Source of the DNA: an uncultured Poribacteria bacterium
GTDB lineage: Bacteria; Poribacteria; WGA-4E; WGA-3G
Length of the DNA: 64,000 nucleotides
Assembly (NCBI GenBank): GCA_958296135.2
Contig: CATQHZ020000001.1
Location: forward strand, 4,832,001-4,896,000
Reading direction: 5' to 3'
Both the position numbers and the translations under genes were made by a program. The notes beneath the pieces are model-generated. The model searched no databases. It saw only the letters and a list, made by a program, of their open reading frames with translations, and was not told where the DNA came from. Below are positions 19,238-29,361 of this stretch, one piece after another; positions within the stretch are counted from its first letter, which is position 1; every line of letters begins with the position of its first letter.

Positions 19238-20074
19238 CTATTCCCCGGCAAACGGCAGTTGGCTGACGCGGGGCGGCAGTGACGATACCGGCACCGTCCC
19301 CGCGGCGCGCTGTTGTTCAAGCAGCCGCTCGTAATGCTCAATCCGCACGGGATCCATGAGGCCGATGTAAACAAATTGGTGGTGCGGTATCCTTTTGACA
19401 AGCACTGGAATGAGGGCGCGCTGCTCCCGCGCCTCGGCGATGCCCTTTTCATACTCACCCACCTCACAATAGAGGTGTGCCAACACCGATGTCTGGAGGA
19501 GATGTCCCTGCGCTTTCGCCACGCGCTTCCCTTCTTCCCAGACAGAAATGACAGCGAGTTTCTCGGCGCGCGTCTGCTGCGGTAAATAGGCAGCGAGCCC
19601 CCGATACAACCACGGATTGTTCGGTTCCCACCGGAGCATCTTGCGATGGACAGCTGCATGAACGGCGCTGTCGGCGGTGATTTGCAGCACGCTCAGTAAC
19701 GCCCACAGTTCTGCTTTGGTGTCCGGAATCAGTGCCGCGAGGCGTTCGGGATCTGCTGCCGCCGCGTTCAGGTGCATCGTCCACCACTCCCGATTCGCCT
19801 CAGTGATGGGTGGGCGGGTGTCGTCTGTGTCGGCTGCCACCACCGGTGCCGGGCCTACTGCCGCTTCGGACACGGGTGGGGGTGCCGGCGCATCGGGTGT
19901 CTCCACCGGTGCCGGCGCGGGTGTCTCTGCCGCCGGCGGTGGGGTGCGCTGCGCTGTCGGTTCACACCCCGCACACAGCACCACGCTAAACAGCGCGAGG
20001 CCGCAACACAGGTGGGCCAACCCACGCATCAGAAGCCTGCAGAATGGGGTATTCACTAAAACAGGTCTGAACAT
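19238..20074 (-). CDS. Helical/TPR-like lipoprotein (type D cassette)
   Basis: Same leader as 18169-19194 with a different C-terminal domain; AAGGAGG RBS. Confidence 0.75.
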   Translation of the reverse strand: MFRPVLVNTPFCRLLMRGLAHLCCGLALFSVVLCAGCEPTAQRTPPPAAETPAPAPVETPDAPAPPPVSEAAVGPAPVVAADTDDTRPPITEANREWWTMHLNAAAADPERLAALIPDTKAELWALLSVLQITADSAVHAAVHRKMLRWEPNNPWLYRGLAAYLPQQTRAEKLAVISVWEEGKRVAKAQGHLLQTSVLAHLYCEVGEYEKGIAEAREQRALIPVLVKRIPHHQFVYIGLMDPVRIEHYERLLEQQRAAGTVPVSSLPPRVSQLPFAGE

Positions 20075-20090
20075 TTCATGTGCCTCCTTC

Positions 20091-20537
20091 TCATCGCTGC
20101 CCGTGCAACTGGCTGACGCGAGGCGACACGCACGTGACTGCCACCGTCTGCCTATCGGCACTCGCCTTATAAGTCAGCCCTGGCACGGCCGGCTGGGTGT
20201 CATCAAACACCAGATCTTTTGCCGAACGCAACTGCGAACCAACATTCAGACAGTAGCCGGCGTAAGAGGAGACATCCGTGAGGGTGAAGGTGTAAGAGGT
20301 AGTCCGGTGCGCGTCTGTCTCGTTAGCCGTGCCATCAAGGGTTGCCTGAAAAGCGACGTTTGTCTCGTAGACAGGGTGCCACGTCTGCCACCACGCCAGT
20401 GAATCGTTTTTCTCAGCGGGGTTCAAGACGCAGGAGAAGCCGGGCTGCTGTGCCTGGCAGGGACACGGCAAGAACACCCAACCACTCACCGCAGCGAGAA
20501 TTAGAAGGAAGAGTAGCGGTTGTTTTTTCATTTTCAT
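20091..20537 (-). pseudogene. Probably truncated secreted protein
   Basis: Signal peptide and beta-rich segment ending in the PRVSQL junction sequence shared with the end of 19238-20074. Confidence 0.55.
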
Positions 20538-20546
20538 GTGGTTTCC

Positions 20547-21509
20547 TCAGTGGGCTCGCTTCTTTGCGAGTTCCCGCTTAATCACCGGGATATAAAGCGA
20601 GGTGCCATCAGTCGGCCCGGTGAACCTTTCACTCGCTTGAAAGTATCGGAGGGCTTTTTCATAGTCCCCTAAGGTAAAGTAGGCGCAACCCAAAACATAG
20701 ATAGCCCCGGGCCACCGGGGGTTGAGGTGATAAACCTTCTCAAGGTAGGGGATGGCTTCACGCGGTTCGGGGTGGTGATCCACCAGGTGTGTCGCTAAGC
20801 CAAAGAGGGCCCCCACCGATTCGGGACGCATCTCAAGCAAGCGGCGCCGGACGGCTTCCACCTCCACCGGTTTGTCATCCTTATTCATGCCACACCAGTA
20901 ACTCAGCGTGTCAAAGTCATCCGGATTTGCTTCGCGGGCGATGTCAAGCAGGCGTTTCGCTTCCTGTTGTAACCCGCCGATCGCTAACACAAACAGGGCG
21001 GCCGGGAGCGGCTCTAGTCCTTCTGCAAGAATCTCCGCGGTTTTTTTGTCGTAGACAGCTACTGGCATGCTGCTGCCATCTAACTGTAACTGTTCAAGGC
21101 GGCGGACTTTTTCGCCATAGATGGGATACCAGTCGCCGTTTTCGTCCACCCTAAAGAGGTGGGGGTTATTTCGGATGACATCTCGCATAGGGAACGGGGA
21201 TTCTTTTAGCACATAGTGTCCGTGCGGTCTGTGGGGCGGTGTTTCCGGGAAAACGATACTGTTACAAAAGGTGTCGGTGTCCGCCGGTGCTGCCGATTTT
21301 GTGATGCTCAGTTGTTCCGCGGCAGGGTGCCCCCTGTCATCGTGCTGCTGTCCATCGGGTGTTTGCGTCGGCGAGGCTATCGGTGTCGAGGGTTCCGGGT
21401 GCTGCCCGCAGCCCGTACAGCCGGTAAGCCCTAGCACGCAGAACGTAAAGAGGCAGAGCAACACCCTACCGGGGGAATAGCGGCGTTCTCGTCTGTCTCG
21501 CGTTTTCAC
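20547..21509 (-). CDS. TPR lipoprotein (type B cassette)
   Basis: GTG start after GAGGAG; lipobox LTG-C followed by TGCG; TPRs sharing PDDF and EAIPYLEK with 18169-19194. Confidence 0.8.
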   Translation of the reverse strand: MKTRDRRERRYSPGRVLLCLFTFCVLGLTGCTGCGQHPEPSTPIASPTQTPDGQQHDDRGHPAAEQLSITKSAAPADTDTFCNSIVFPETPPHRPHGHYVLKESPFPMRDVIRNNPHLFRVDENGDWYPIYGEKVRRLEQLQLDGSSMPVAVYDKKTAEILAEGLEPLPAALFVLAIGGLQQEAKRLLDIAREANPDDFDTLSYWCGMNKDDKPVEVEAVRRRLLEMRPESVGALFGLATHLVDHHPEPREAIPYLEKVYHLNPRWPGAIYVLGCAYFTLGDYEKALRYFQASERFTGPTDGTSLYIPVIKRELAKKRAH

Positions 21510-22556
21510 GGTATTTCTCCTCGGCGTGGCTTCAAGGGAAAGCCACAAGTCATTCACATTCATTCTCCCCCCAAAGTGAGGGGATGTCCCTATTTTTTCG
21601 GAAACTTTGCATCAGGTTTCAAAGGTATCACCGGTTGTGGTTTGTTGGCACCCCAGTGGCGTTGGCGCGTTCGCCGCGTGGGCAAGTGGAGACGTGAACC
21701 GGCGGCGGGTGGGGCGCGGCGGCGCGGTGCAATGGAGGTATCACCGCAGACGCACCGCGTCGCGCCCGGTTTCCAAGCGGTTTCCCGTTCACCGCGATGC
21801 CGCAATCACGTGCGGACTTCCATCCGGGGACAGCGGCACCACCGGGGGCGTGCCACAGCAACCACCGCCTGGTGGGGCCGCCGTCGGCGCAGCAGGCCTT
21901 ACACTCGCACAGCGGGCGCGGCAACTTCAACAAAGCCAGCACGAGGCGGTGGCACAGGGGCCAGCACCGGGACGCACTGTGGTTTCTGCGTTTGACTCTG
22001 CGCAAGGATGATACCTGCACCCAATAGGGTTAGCACGAGCATCGCTGCTATACTCCAGAAAAGGGGTTCTCGAAACTTTATTGGATTCCTCCTCTATCAA
22101 GTTATGATGCTTTCTCAACAGAAAGCAATTCCCATACGCTTTTACAAGGATACCACATTAAACCACACTCAATCAACCCATTTGCGAATCAAATAGGTAA
22201 CTTCACCTGGATACGCTGTTCTTTAGCAACAGCCCGTTCCTCCGGTTGGAGATGCGCGGGAGCCGCAAGGGAATAGGCGGTATCCGTATCAACCTGCGTC
22301 AAACGAGCACGAGGGAGCATTTTATGCGCTCATTAGGGAAGTGGAAGAAAGGGGAGAAAAGGTTACATCTTTTTTAGGAGGACATTGGAAAAATGGACGA
22401 ACCTAAAGAAGCCACGCTCGCACAGGACAGGCACCCGCACTACGAGCCACGGGTGGGTTTGTTGGCAAAACCAAACAACACCGCACAAAAATTAAAATCG
22501 ACTTGACGCAAAATACCGAATATGATAAACTTGGTTATCATTTCAAGGATTGTAAA

Positions 22557-23303
22557 ATGCGAAACATCAAACTGGTGCTGGAATATGACGGCACGAACTA
22601 CCACGGATGGCAAATCCAACCCAACCTCCCGACAATTCAGGGAGAGGTTGAAGATGCACTGACGAAATTGGCAAAGGCACCTATCCAGATTATCGGCGCG
22701 GGGAGGACAGATAGCGGTGTCCACGCCGAAGGACAAGTCGCGAATTTCCACACCGATGTGCAAATACCGACTGTCGCTTTTCAGAAGGGACTCAACACCA
22801 TTCTGCCGCGGGATATCGTCGTCTGTGAGGCGATAGAGGTACCAGCAGAATTTCACGCACGGTTTAGTGCCACCAGCCGACGGTATCGGTATACGATTCT
22901 GAATCGCGCCTATTCCTCCGCGCTGTCGCGGCACAGAAGTTATTTTCATCCGGCGGCGATTGACGTTTCGCAAGTGGACGCGCTGTGCCAAAGTCTAGTG
23001 GGGAAACGCGATTTCTCCGCTTTCCAGAAAACGGGGAGTGATAGGTTGAATCCGGTGTGCGAAATTTATGAGGCGCGTTGTTGGAAGGCGGGTGAACACG
23101 TCTATCTTGAAATTGAGGCGGATGCGTTTCTACGGGGGATGGTGCGCGCCATCGTTGGGACAGTGCTAAAATATCAGCATTGCGAGGACGCAGCGACGCA
23201 ACTTCGTCGCATTGTGGAAGCGAAAGAGCGGACAGCCGCAGGACCCGCCGTGCCTGCCCACGGGTTGTCACTTACCCATGTCAAATACAGTGGAGGGATG
23301 TAG
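22557..23303 (+). CDS. truA: tRNA pseudouridine(38-40) synthase
   Basis: YDGTNYHGWQ, AGRTDSGVHA, FHARF and FLRGMVR motifs. Confidence 0.96.
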   Translation: MRNIKLVLEYDGTNYHGWQIQPNLPTIQGEVEDALTKLAKAPIQIIGAGRTDSGVHAEGQVANFHTDVQIPTVAFQKGLNTILPRDIVVCEAIEVPAEFHARFSATSRRYRYTILNRAYSSALSRHRSYFHPAAIDVSQVDALCQSLVGKRDFSAFQKTGSDRLNPVCEIYEARCWKAGEHVYLEIEADAFLRGMVRAIVGTVLKYQHCEDAATQLRRIVEAKERTAAGPAVPAHGLSLTHVKYSGGM

Positions 23304-23660
23304 GAGGGACATCCGTGTCCCGATACCGGCAAGAAATCGAAACAGGCAGGGCGCACCTACCGGCAGACAACTTACCTATGTCAAATACTGTAGGAGGGAC
23401 ATCCGTGTCCCGATACCGGCAAGAAATCGATAACGGCAGGGCGCACCTACCGGCAGACAACTTACCTATGTCAAATACTGTAGGAGGGACATCCGTGTCC
23501 CGATACCGGCAAGAAATCGAAACAGGCAGGGCGCACCTACCGGCAGACAACTTACCTATGTCAAATACTGTAGGAGGGATGTAGGAGGGACATCCGTGTC
23601 CCGATACCGGCAAGAAATCGATACCGGCAGGGCGCACCTACCGGCAGACAACGGACAAGA
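23270..23660. repeat. 90-bp tandem array (about 4 units) of REP pairs, BIME/REPIN-like
   Basis: TAGGAGGGA at 23301, 23391, 23481 and 23571; near-identical units. Confidence 0.9.
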
Positions 23661-23708
23661 AATCGAGACCGGGAGGTCTCTCCTACCGGTATACGATGGA
23701 GGGAATTT

Positions 23709-24722
23709 ATGGATTATGCTCAAACTTTGAATGAACTTGAAACGCTTGTCACCGAAACGTTTGGGCTCTGGGAGCACAATCGCGTCGGCTTCCAGTGGCG
23801 GCACTACACATGGAACCATACGTTACGCGTACGCGCGATGGGCATGGAACTCGGCAAACGCGAAGGAGGCGACGTCAAACTGCTCGAAATCGCCGGCACC
23901 CTGCACGACATCACCAAGCGTTACGACGGTGTCATCTTAACTGACGATAACGGCCGCAGAATTCTGGACCCGAGCGGCTTCTGGCTCAACGAAACCCTCA
24001 CGCCAAGCGAACAGAATATCGTCACCGAACTTTACGATAAGCACAACCTCCACGGAAAGGTGCATCACGAATCGGGGGCAGTCATCACGCAGCACATTTT
24101 GGCGAAGTATGACTTTGAGCCGGCATTCGTTGAAGCCGCCACAGCCATCGTCTTGGCGCATCTGAAGCCGATGAATCTGACCGCGGCGGACTTCAATCTG
24201 CTGTATCGCAACATTGAGAACCAGATTCTATACGATGCCGATACCATGGATCCGAATGTCGGGTATACCGCCTTCTTCCGGAACATCCATATCCACGCGC
24301 ATTTCGCGCTACAGCGCGGCAAATTTGAACTGGAGGACTACGTGCGCAACCTGCCGCGATGGATTAATTCCAAGCAGGAATTTGTCGATAAACTGCTGAC
24401 TGCCTCCTCGCGCGAGGTAGCGCAAGCCCGACAGGACCGGAACCAGCAACTCTTTGTGCAGATGGTGGCGGAGTTGGAGGACATGGAGATAAATCGGAAA
24501 TACGGGTTACTCGGCTTAATCGAGTACTTCGTCAGTGAAACGACAGACCCGCATTTTCTAAACCAGCTCACCTATCTGCAAACCGAGTGGCTCCCACAGC
24601 GGCGGCAGTGGTTGGCTGAGGAGGAGAAAAGCGGTTCGGCACGCGACCGGGCGCAAGCAGCAATCGCTCGGGTTGATAATTTCTTAACGCTGCTCGACCG
24701 GGAACGCCGAGGGGAGATTTAA
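23709..24722 (+). CDS. HD-domain phosphohydrolase
   Basis: H(NHT)...LHDI...HH...YDAD motif. Confidence 0.85.
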   Translation: MDYAQTLNELETLVTETFGLWEHNRVGFQWRHYTWNHTLRVRAMGMELGKREGGDVKLLEIAGTLHDITKRYDGVILTDDNGRRILDPSGFWLNETLTPSEQNIVTELYDKHNLHGKVHHESGAVITQHILAKYDFEPAFVEAATAIVLAHLKPMNLTAADFNLLYRNIENQILYDADTMDPNVGYTAFFRNIHIHAHFALQRGKFELEDYVRNLPRWINSKQEFVDKLLTASSREVAQARQDRNQQLFVQMVAELEDMEINRKYGLLGLIEYFVSETTDPHFLNQLTYLQTEWLPQRRQWLAEEEKSGSARDRAQAAIARVDNFLTLLDRERRGEI

Positions 24723-24777
24723 GCAGCACAAACACCGCAAGCGCGGTTTGCAACCGCGCCTACCGGTCTGGAGGTTT

Positions 24778-25641
24778 ATGATGAACAATTTAGCAACAGC
24801 CGAACTCGGGGCACCGACAATTCCGTATCCGCCTGAGCTCTACCGTTTTGACACGGCGGCAGAAGGCATCACCGGCGGCTTTTCAGCGGTAACCGACGCA
24901 GATATTGAATACTTTCATCGGCACGGATACCTTGTCATCCACGAGGCGTTTAGTGACGCAGAAATTCAGGACGCGGTGGCGGGGATGGTTCACCTCATGG
25001 ATGGAGGGAACCCCGATTTCCGGGCAATCCAATTTGAACCGTCCCTCGTCAAGCGCAAGAATGAGATGGGACCAGACGAACGCCGCGATGCCATCCGGAA
25101 GATATTCCGGTTTGTCGACTACGAACAGCGGCTGAACGCGGTGGCGGAACATGCCGGGTTACTCGACGTGCTCAAACGGATGATGGGCGAGGCACCGGCA
25201 CTCTTTCAGGATATGGCATTGGTGAAGCCGCCGCTCTTCGGCTCGGAAAAGCCGTGGCATCAAGATTGCGCCTATTTCAATCTGCCGCGGGGGACAACGG
25301 TCGTCGGTGTATGGATCGCGCTGGACGAGGCCACGCCGGAAAATGGGTGCATGCACATCATCCCCGGTTCGCATAGCGAGGGCCCGATGATCCACTTCAA
25401 GCGGCGCGACTGGCAGATTTGCGACACGCATGTCCCCGTCGCCCGCGATACCATGGTGCCACTCAAACCGGGGGGATGTCTCTTCTGGCACGGGTTGCTC
25501 CATCACGGCAGTCCTGCGAACCAGTCTGCGCAGCGGCGGCGCGCGCTCCAGTTTCACTACAAACCCACAAGTTCCGCCGAAATCACGACACAGGAACGGA
25601 TGGCAGTTTACGGGAGTGAGGGGAAAGAGGTGGACTGCTGA
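24778..25641 (+). CDS. Phytanoyl-CoA dioxygenase family Fe(II)/2OG enzyme
   Basis: [20 protein letters not shown] and HHGS motifs. Confidence 0.92.
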   Translation: MMNNLATAELGAPTIPYPPELYRFDTAAEGITGGFSAVTDADIEYFHRHGYLVIHEAFSDAEIQDAVAGMVHLMDGGNPDFRAIQFEPSLVKRKNEMGPDERRDAIRKIFRFVDYEQRLNAVAEHAGLLDVLKRMMGEAPALFQDMALVKPPLFGSEKPWHQDCAYFNLPRGTTVVGVWIALDEATPENGCMHIIPGSHSEGPMIHFKRRDWQICDTHVPVARDTMVPLKPGGCLFWHGLLHHGSPANQSAQRRRALQFHYKPTSSAEITTQERMAVYGSEGKEVDC

Positions 25642-25669
25642 GGAATTGACTAGAAAAAGGAGGCAGAAA

Positions 25670-26713
25670 ATGAATAACCTAAACGTTGGAATTATTGGCC
25701 TCGGCTGGGTAGCCGGGGCGCATATTGAGGCGTTCAAGGCAGTCAACGGCGCGAACGTCACCGCCATTTGCTCGCGGCGCGAGCACGATGAGACCGAACT
25801 TGCCGCGACATACGGCACGCCGCTCAAGGCAGTCACTGATTACGAAGAGATGCTCGCAGACCCGAGCATCCACATCGTTGATATTTGCACGCCGCACCCG
25901 TTTCATGCAGCGCAAGCCATTGCTGCAGCGGAAGCCGGGAAGCATCTCATCATCGAGAAACCGATCTGCCTCACCTACGACGATGCCAAAGCGATTCGCG
26001 ACGCGGTGAAAGCGGCCGGCGTGCATGTCTGCGTCTGTTTCGAGTGTCGCTACAGCGCGCATTTCACGATGATCCGCTCCGTGATTGACAACGGTTTGCT
26101 CGGCGAACTCCATTACGCCGAAGTTGACTATTACCACGGCATCGGCCCTTGGTACGGGCAATATGAGTGGAACATCAAAAAAGATTTCGGCGGTAGCACA
26201 CTGCTCACGGCGGGATGCCACGCGCTTGACGCACTGCTCTTCTTCATGGATGGCAACGTGCAGGAAGTCACGAGTTATCACACCCAATCTACCGGGCGTG
26301 ATTTCCAACCCTACGAGTATAAGACGACGAGCGTCAGTCTGCTCAAGTTTGAAGAAGGCGGGAAGATCGGGAAGGTTACCTCATGCGTTGACTGCCTGCA
26401 GCCCTATTACTTCCACATCCATCTCGTCGGAAGCGAAGGAAGCCTGCTGGACAATCGCATCTATTCGGCGAAGCTGAAAGGCATGGACAAGAGCCGATGG
26501 AGCACGCTTGAGACTTCGCTGATCGACTCGGGTGACGTGACAGACCATCCGTATGAACCGCAGTTCCAAGCGTTCATCGACAGCATCGGACAGGACAAAC
26601 CGATGCCGCTGACAGATTTTGACACCGCTTTTGAATCGCACCGCGTCGTTTTCGCGGCGGATGCTTCGGCGGAAGCGGGTGGGAAATCGGTGAAGTTGTC
26701 GGAATTCGCGTAA
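25670..26713 (+). CDS. Gfo/Idh/MocA family oxidoreductase
   Basis: [20 protein letters not shown] and GCHALD motifs; AGGAGG RBS. Confidence 0.92.
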   Translation: MNNLNVGIIGLGWVAGAHIEAFKAVNGANVTAICSRREHDETELAATYGTPLKAVTDYEEMLADPSIHIVDICTPHPFHAAQAIAAAEAGKHLIIEKPICLTYDDAKAIRDAVKAAGVHVCVCFECRYSAHFTMIRSVIDNGLLGELHYAEVDYYHGIGPWYGQYEWNIKKDFGGSTLLTAGCHALDALLFFMDGNVQEVTSYHTQSTGRDFQPYEYKTTSVSLLKFEEGGKIGKVTSCVDCLQPYYFHIHLVGSEGSLLDNRIYSAKLKGMDKSRWSTLETSLIDSGDVTDHPYEPQFQAFIDSIGQDKPMPLTDFDTAFESHRVVFAADASAEAGGKSVKLSEFA

Positions 26714-26766
26714 ACACAGGCGGATAGAAAAATCCACCCTTTACAGGTTCATCCGGCTACAAATCA

Positions 26767-27345
26767 TCACCATTTCATGGCAGCCTCGCGATAGAGCTGG
26801 ATTTGCTCCATATTGCGAGGCACGGCGACAGGGATGGACTTGCGCTTCCGATTTGCGTCCTTGAGCACAATCGGCGCGCGCAGCATGTTCGTCATCGTAA
26901 CAATGCCGGAGTGATAGAAAACCCACATCCGCTGTTCGGTGTAAGGGTTAAGCACATACTCCGCGTTGTATGCGTCTGAAAACAAATCGTATGTTGGATA
27001 GGCGAGTTCGACGCTTCTGTCATGTCCTTGCAAAAAGAGTTTTTCTGGCGGCGGCTGCGGCGAGTAGCCGCTCAGTTTACACGCCCGAAATCGGATCGGC
27101 GCGCCCGATTTGTTCATCAAATGCAACGAGACAACGATGGCGAGACGATTCCTGCCTTGCTCGCTGTCGTCACGGTTGATGAACCATGTATCTTCCGGGA
27201 TAACCTCCACGGTCAGCCCCGGAATTTGTCGTCTCTTATGGTAGACAACCGCCAACGCAATCAGACTGGCGAGCGCGAGGAGCACCCACTGTCCGGTCGG
27301 CGTGGATAGGAATTGGAGTAATTGCTTTAACGCTTGTTGTAGCAC
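26767..27345 (-). CDS. Hypothetical membrane-anchored protein
   Basis: N-terminal TM followed by a beta-rich domain; RBS before a GTG start. Confidence 0.65.
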   Translation of the reverse strand: MLQQALKQLLQFLSTPTGQWVLLALASLIALAVVYHKRRQIPGLTVEVIPEDTWFINRDDSEQGRNRLAIVVSLHLMNKSGAPIRFRACKLSGYSPQPPPEKLFLQGHDRSVELAYPTYDLFSDAYNAEYVLNPYTEQRMWVFYHSGIVTMTNMLRAPIVLKDANRKRKSIPVAVPRNMEQIQLYREAAMKW

Positions 27346-27415
27346 ACAAGTCCCTTCTTTGATTAACGTAGGGCGAGGGAAAACCTGTCCCTCGCCTTGT
27401 TGCCGTTCGCCGGCC

Positions 27416-28027
27416 CTACCGATTGTAAGACGCGAGTTCCTTAGCGAGGGTTTCTGCGGAAATCACGCCAAGGCGGCGGATTTGCGGCGGTGAGACAGAA
27501 ATATCGTAGACGGTGGATGGCACGGGGCCCGGTGTCTTGCCCCCATCAACTACCATATCCATTTGCGATGTCAGTGCAGCACCGACTCCTTGCACAGAAG
27601 TCGCCGGCGGCTCCCCAGAGAGATTCGCGCTCGTTATCGCCATCGGCCCACCAAACTGCCGGAGGATTTGCAAAAGAAGCGGATGGTTCGGGATACGCAG
27701 CCCGACAGTGCCGCCGCCAGCAGTCAATACTGGCAGCAGGTTTTTCGCCTCAACGACGAGAGTCAGCCCGCCGGGCCAAAACTTCTCGGTGAGGTGAAAG
27801 AAGAACCCCGGCAAATTTTGCGCAACCTGATGCACATCGTCTACCGTGCCGAGAACGAGCGGAATCGGTTTCCCTGCCGGGCGTCCCTTCAATGTGTAGA
27901 GTTTTTGCACGGCCGCGGCATTAAAGGCATCTGCACCTAAGCCGTATACGGTATCGGTAGGAACAGCGACAATGCCGCCGGCTGCAAGGCAACCTGCGGC
28001 GGCTTTAATGCGTTCATGAGAATCCAC
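27416..28027 (-). CDS. tsaC: L-threonylcarbamoyladenylate synthase (YrdC/Sua5)
   Basis: PTDTVYGL, KGRP, WPGGLT, TSANLSG and PST motifs. Confidence 0.93.
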   Translation of the reverse strand: MDSHERIKAAAGCLAAGGIVAVPTDTVYGLGADAFNAAAVQKLYTLKGRPAGKPIPLVLGTVDDVHQVAQNLPGFFFHLTEKFWPGGLTLVVEAKNLLPVLTAGGGTVGLRIPNHPLLLQILRQFGGPMAITSANLSGEPPATSVQGVGAALTSQMDMVVDGGKTPGPVPSTVYDISVSPPQIRRLGVISAETLAKELASYNR

Positions 28028-28040
28028 AGCACTATCTCCT

Positions 28041-29090
28041 TCAAACGTCCACGATCGCCCCGGTTGCAGCGGCGTTGAGTGCCAACCCATCGCGCAGGCC
28101 CCGATGATATTTCTCGTAAGCAATCCCGGCAATCATCGCGCCGTTATCCGTGCAGAGGCGAATCGGCGGATAGTAGACGTTCGCGCCAATCTCAGCAGCC
28201 GCGGTTTTCAGCGACGCGCGGAGCTGGCTATTCGCGGCGACACCGCCAGTCAACGTGATTGTCTTCGCGCCCGTGGCCTTCGCAGCGCGAACTGTTTTGT
28301 AGACGAGCACGTCTACCACGGCAGCCTGAAAACTGGCGGCGATGTCTTCAAGGCGTATCCTATCGGGCCCAGAAGCACTGCCTACTGGGGGGAGCTGAAG
28401 TGTTCCAGCGCGCTGTGCCTTCTCTACAAAATAGCGAACCGAGGTTTTAATCCCACTGAAACTAAACTGATAATCGCCGCTGTTGCGCATCGGCCGCGGG
28501 AAGGCTATCGCGGTAGGGTTGCCTTTCTGCGCGAGTTCATCGATAATTCTGCCACCGGGAAAACCAAGCCCAAGATACTTCGCAATTTTATCGTAGACTT
28601 CTCCGGCCGCATCGTCTTGGGTGCCGCCCAGAACCTTGTATCTCCACCCTTCGTGAACCTCAACGAGCAGCGTATGTCCACCAGAAACGGTGAGGCAGAT
28701 GTGCGGAAACGTCAGCGCATCGTGCACCATGGAGTTCGCGTAGATATGTCCCTCAATGTGATTAATGCCGAGCAGTGGGAGGTTGTGCGCGTAGGCGAGG
28801 CTTTTCGCCGCCGCCACGCCTACAAGCAGCGCGCCGATGAGCCCAGGACGATTTGTCACCGCCACTGCATCCACGTCGCGAAACGTGACAGCCGCTTCCG
28901 TGAGTGCCTTATCAACAATGTAGTTAATCGCTTCGATGTGTTTGCGCGATGCGAGTTCCGGGACAACCCCGCCGTATTCTTCATGCGCTTTTACCTGCGA
29001 AGCGATTACGTTGGACAGCACGTCACGCCCATCGGCTACAACCGCAACCGCTGTCTCATCACATGAAGTGTCAATACCAAGGATTTTCAT
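28041..29090 (-). CDS. tsaD: tRNA N6-adenosine threonylcarbamoyltransferase
   Basis: GIDTSCDET, GGVVPELASRKH, HIEGH, SGGHT and CTDNGAMIA motifs. Confidence 0.97.
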   Translation of the reverse strand: MKILGIDTSCDETAVAVVADGRDVLSNVIASQVKAHEEYGGVVPELASRKHIEAINYIVDKALTEAAVTFRDVDAVAVTNRPGLIGALLVGVAAAKSLAYAHNLPLLGINHIEGHIYANSMVHDALTFPHICLTVSGGHTLLVEVHEGWRYKVLGGTQDDAAGEVYDKIAKYLGLGFPGGRIIDELAQKGNPTAIAFPRPMRNSGDYQFSFSGIKTSVRYFVEKAQRAGTLQLPPVGSASGPDRIRLEDIAASFQAAVVDVLVYKTVRAAKATGAKTITLTGGVAANSQLRASLKTAAAEIGANVYYPPIRLCTDNGAMIAGIAYEKYHRGLRDGLALNAAATGAIVDV

Positions 29091-29361
29091 TTTTTGTTCT
29101 GCCTAGCGGTGGTTCAACTGCCCCTGGTCAAAGACGCTAGACTTAGCAGGCCGCAGTGACGTTGTCAATTTAACTGGGTATCGGTTCTGGTACGTGTTCA
29201 TCCTCATAATTTTTGATGAACGTGCCAACCAGTTCCATCAACGGTGCTAACGTATGCCTCGCGTCTTCACCGAAAAGGAGCGAAAACGCTTCTCTTTCAT
29301 CAAAACTCTTTTTGTAAAGGGTGGATATAAACGATATCCACCCTTGTCTTAGAACTTACCT

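Noticed and set aside
23270-23660. CRISPR array
   Set aside because: Whole 90-bp units are near-identical, with no unique spacers and no cas genes
25636-25641. Sec read-through at the PhyH gene end, likewise the DsrE end at 36706
   Set aside because: The domains are complete and the next gene's RBS or intergenic sequence follows
29100-29330. Riboswitch or ncRNA upstream of tsaD
   Set aside because: An imperfect hairpin is present (~29190-29226), but I recognise no RNA family consensus
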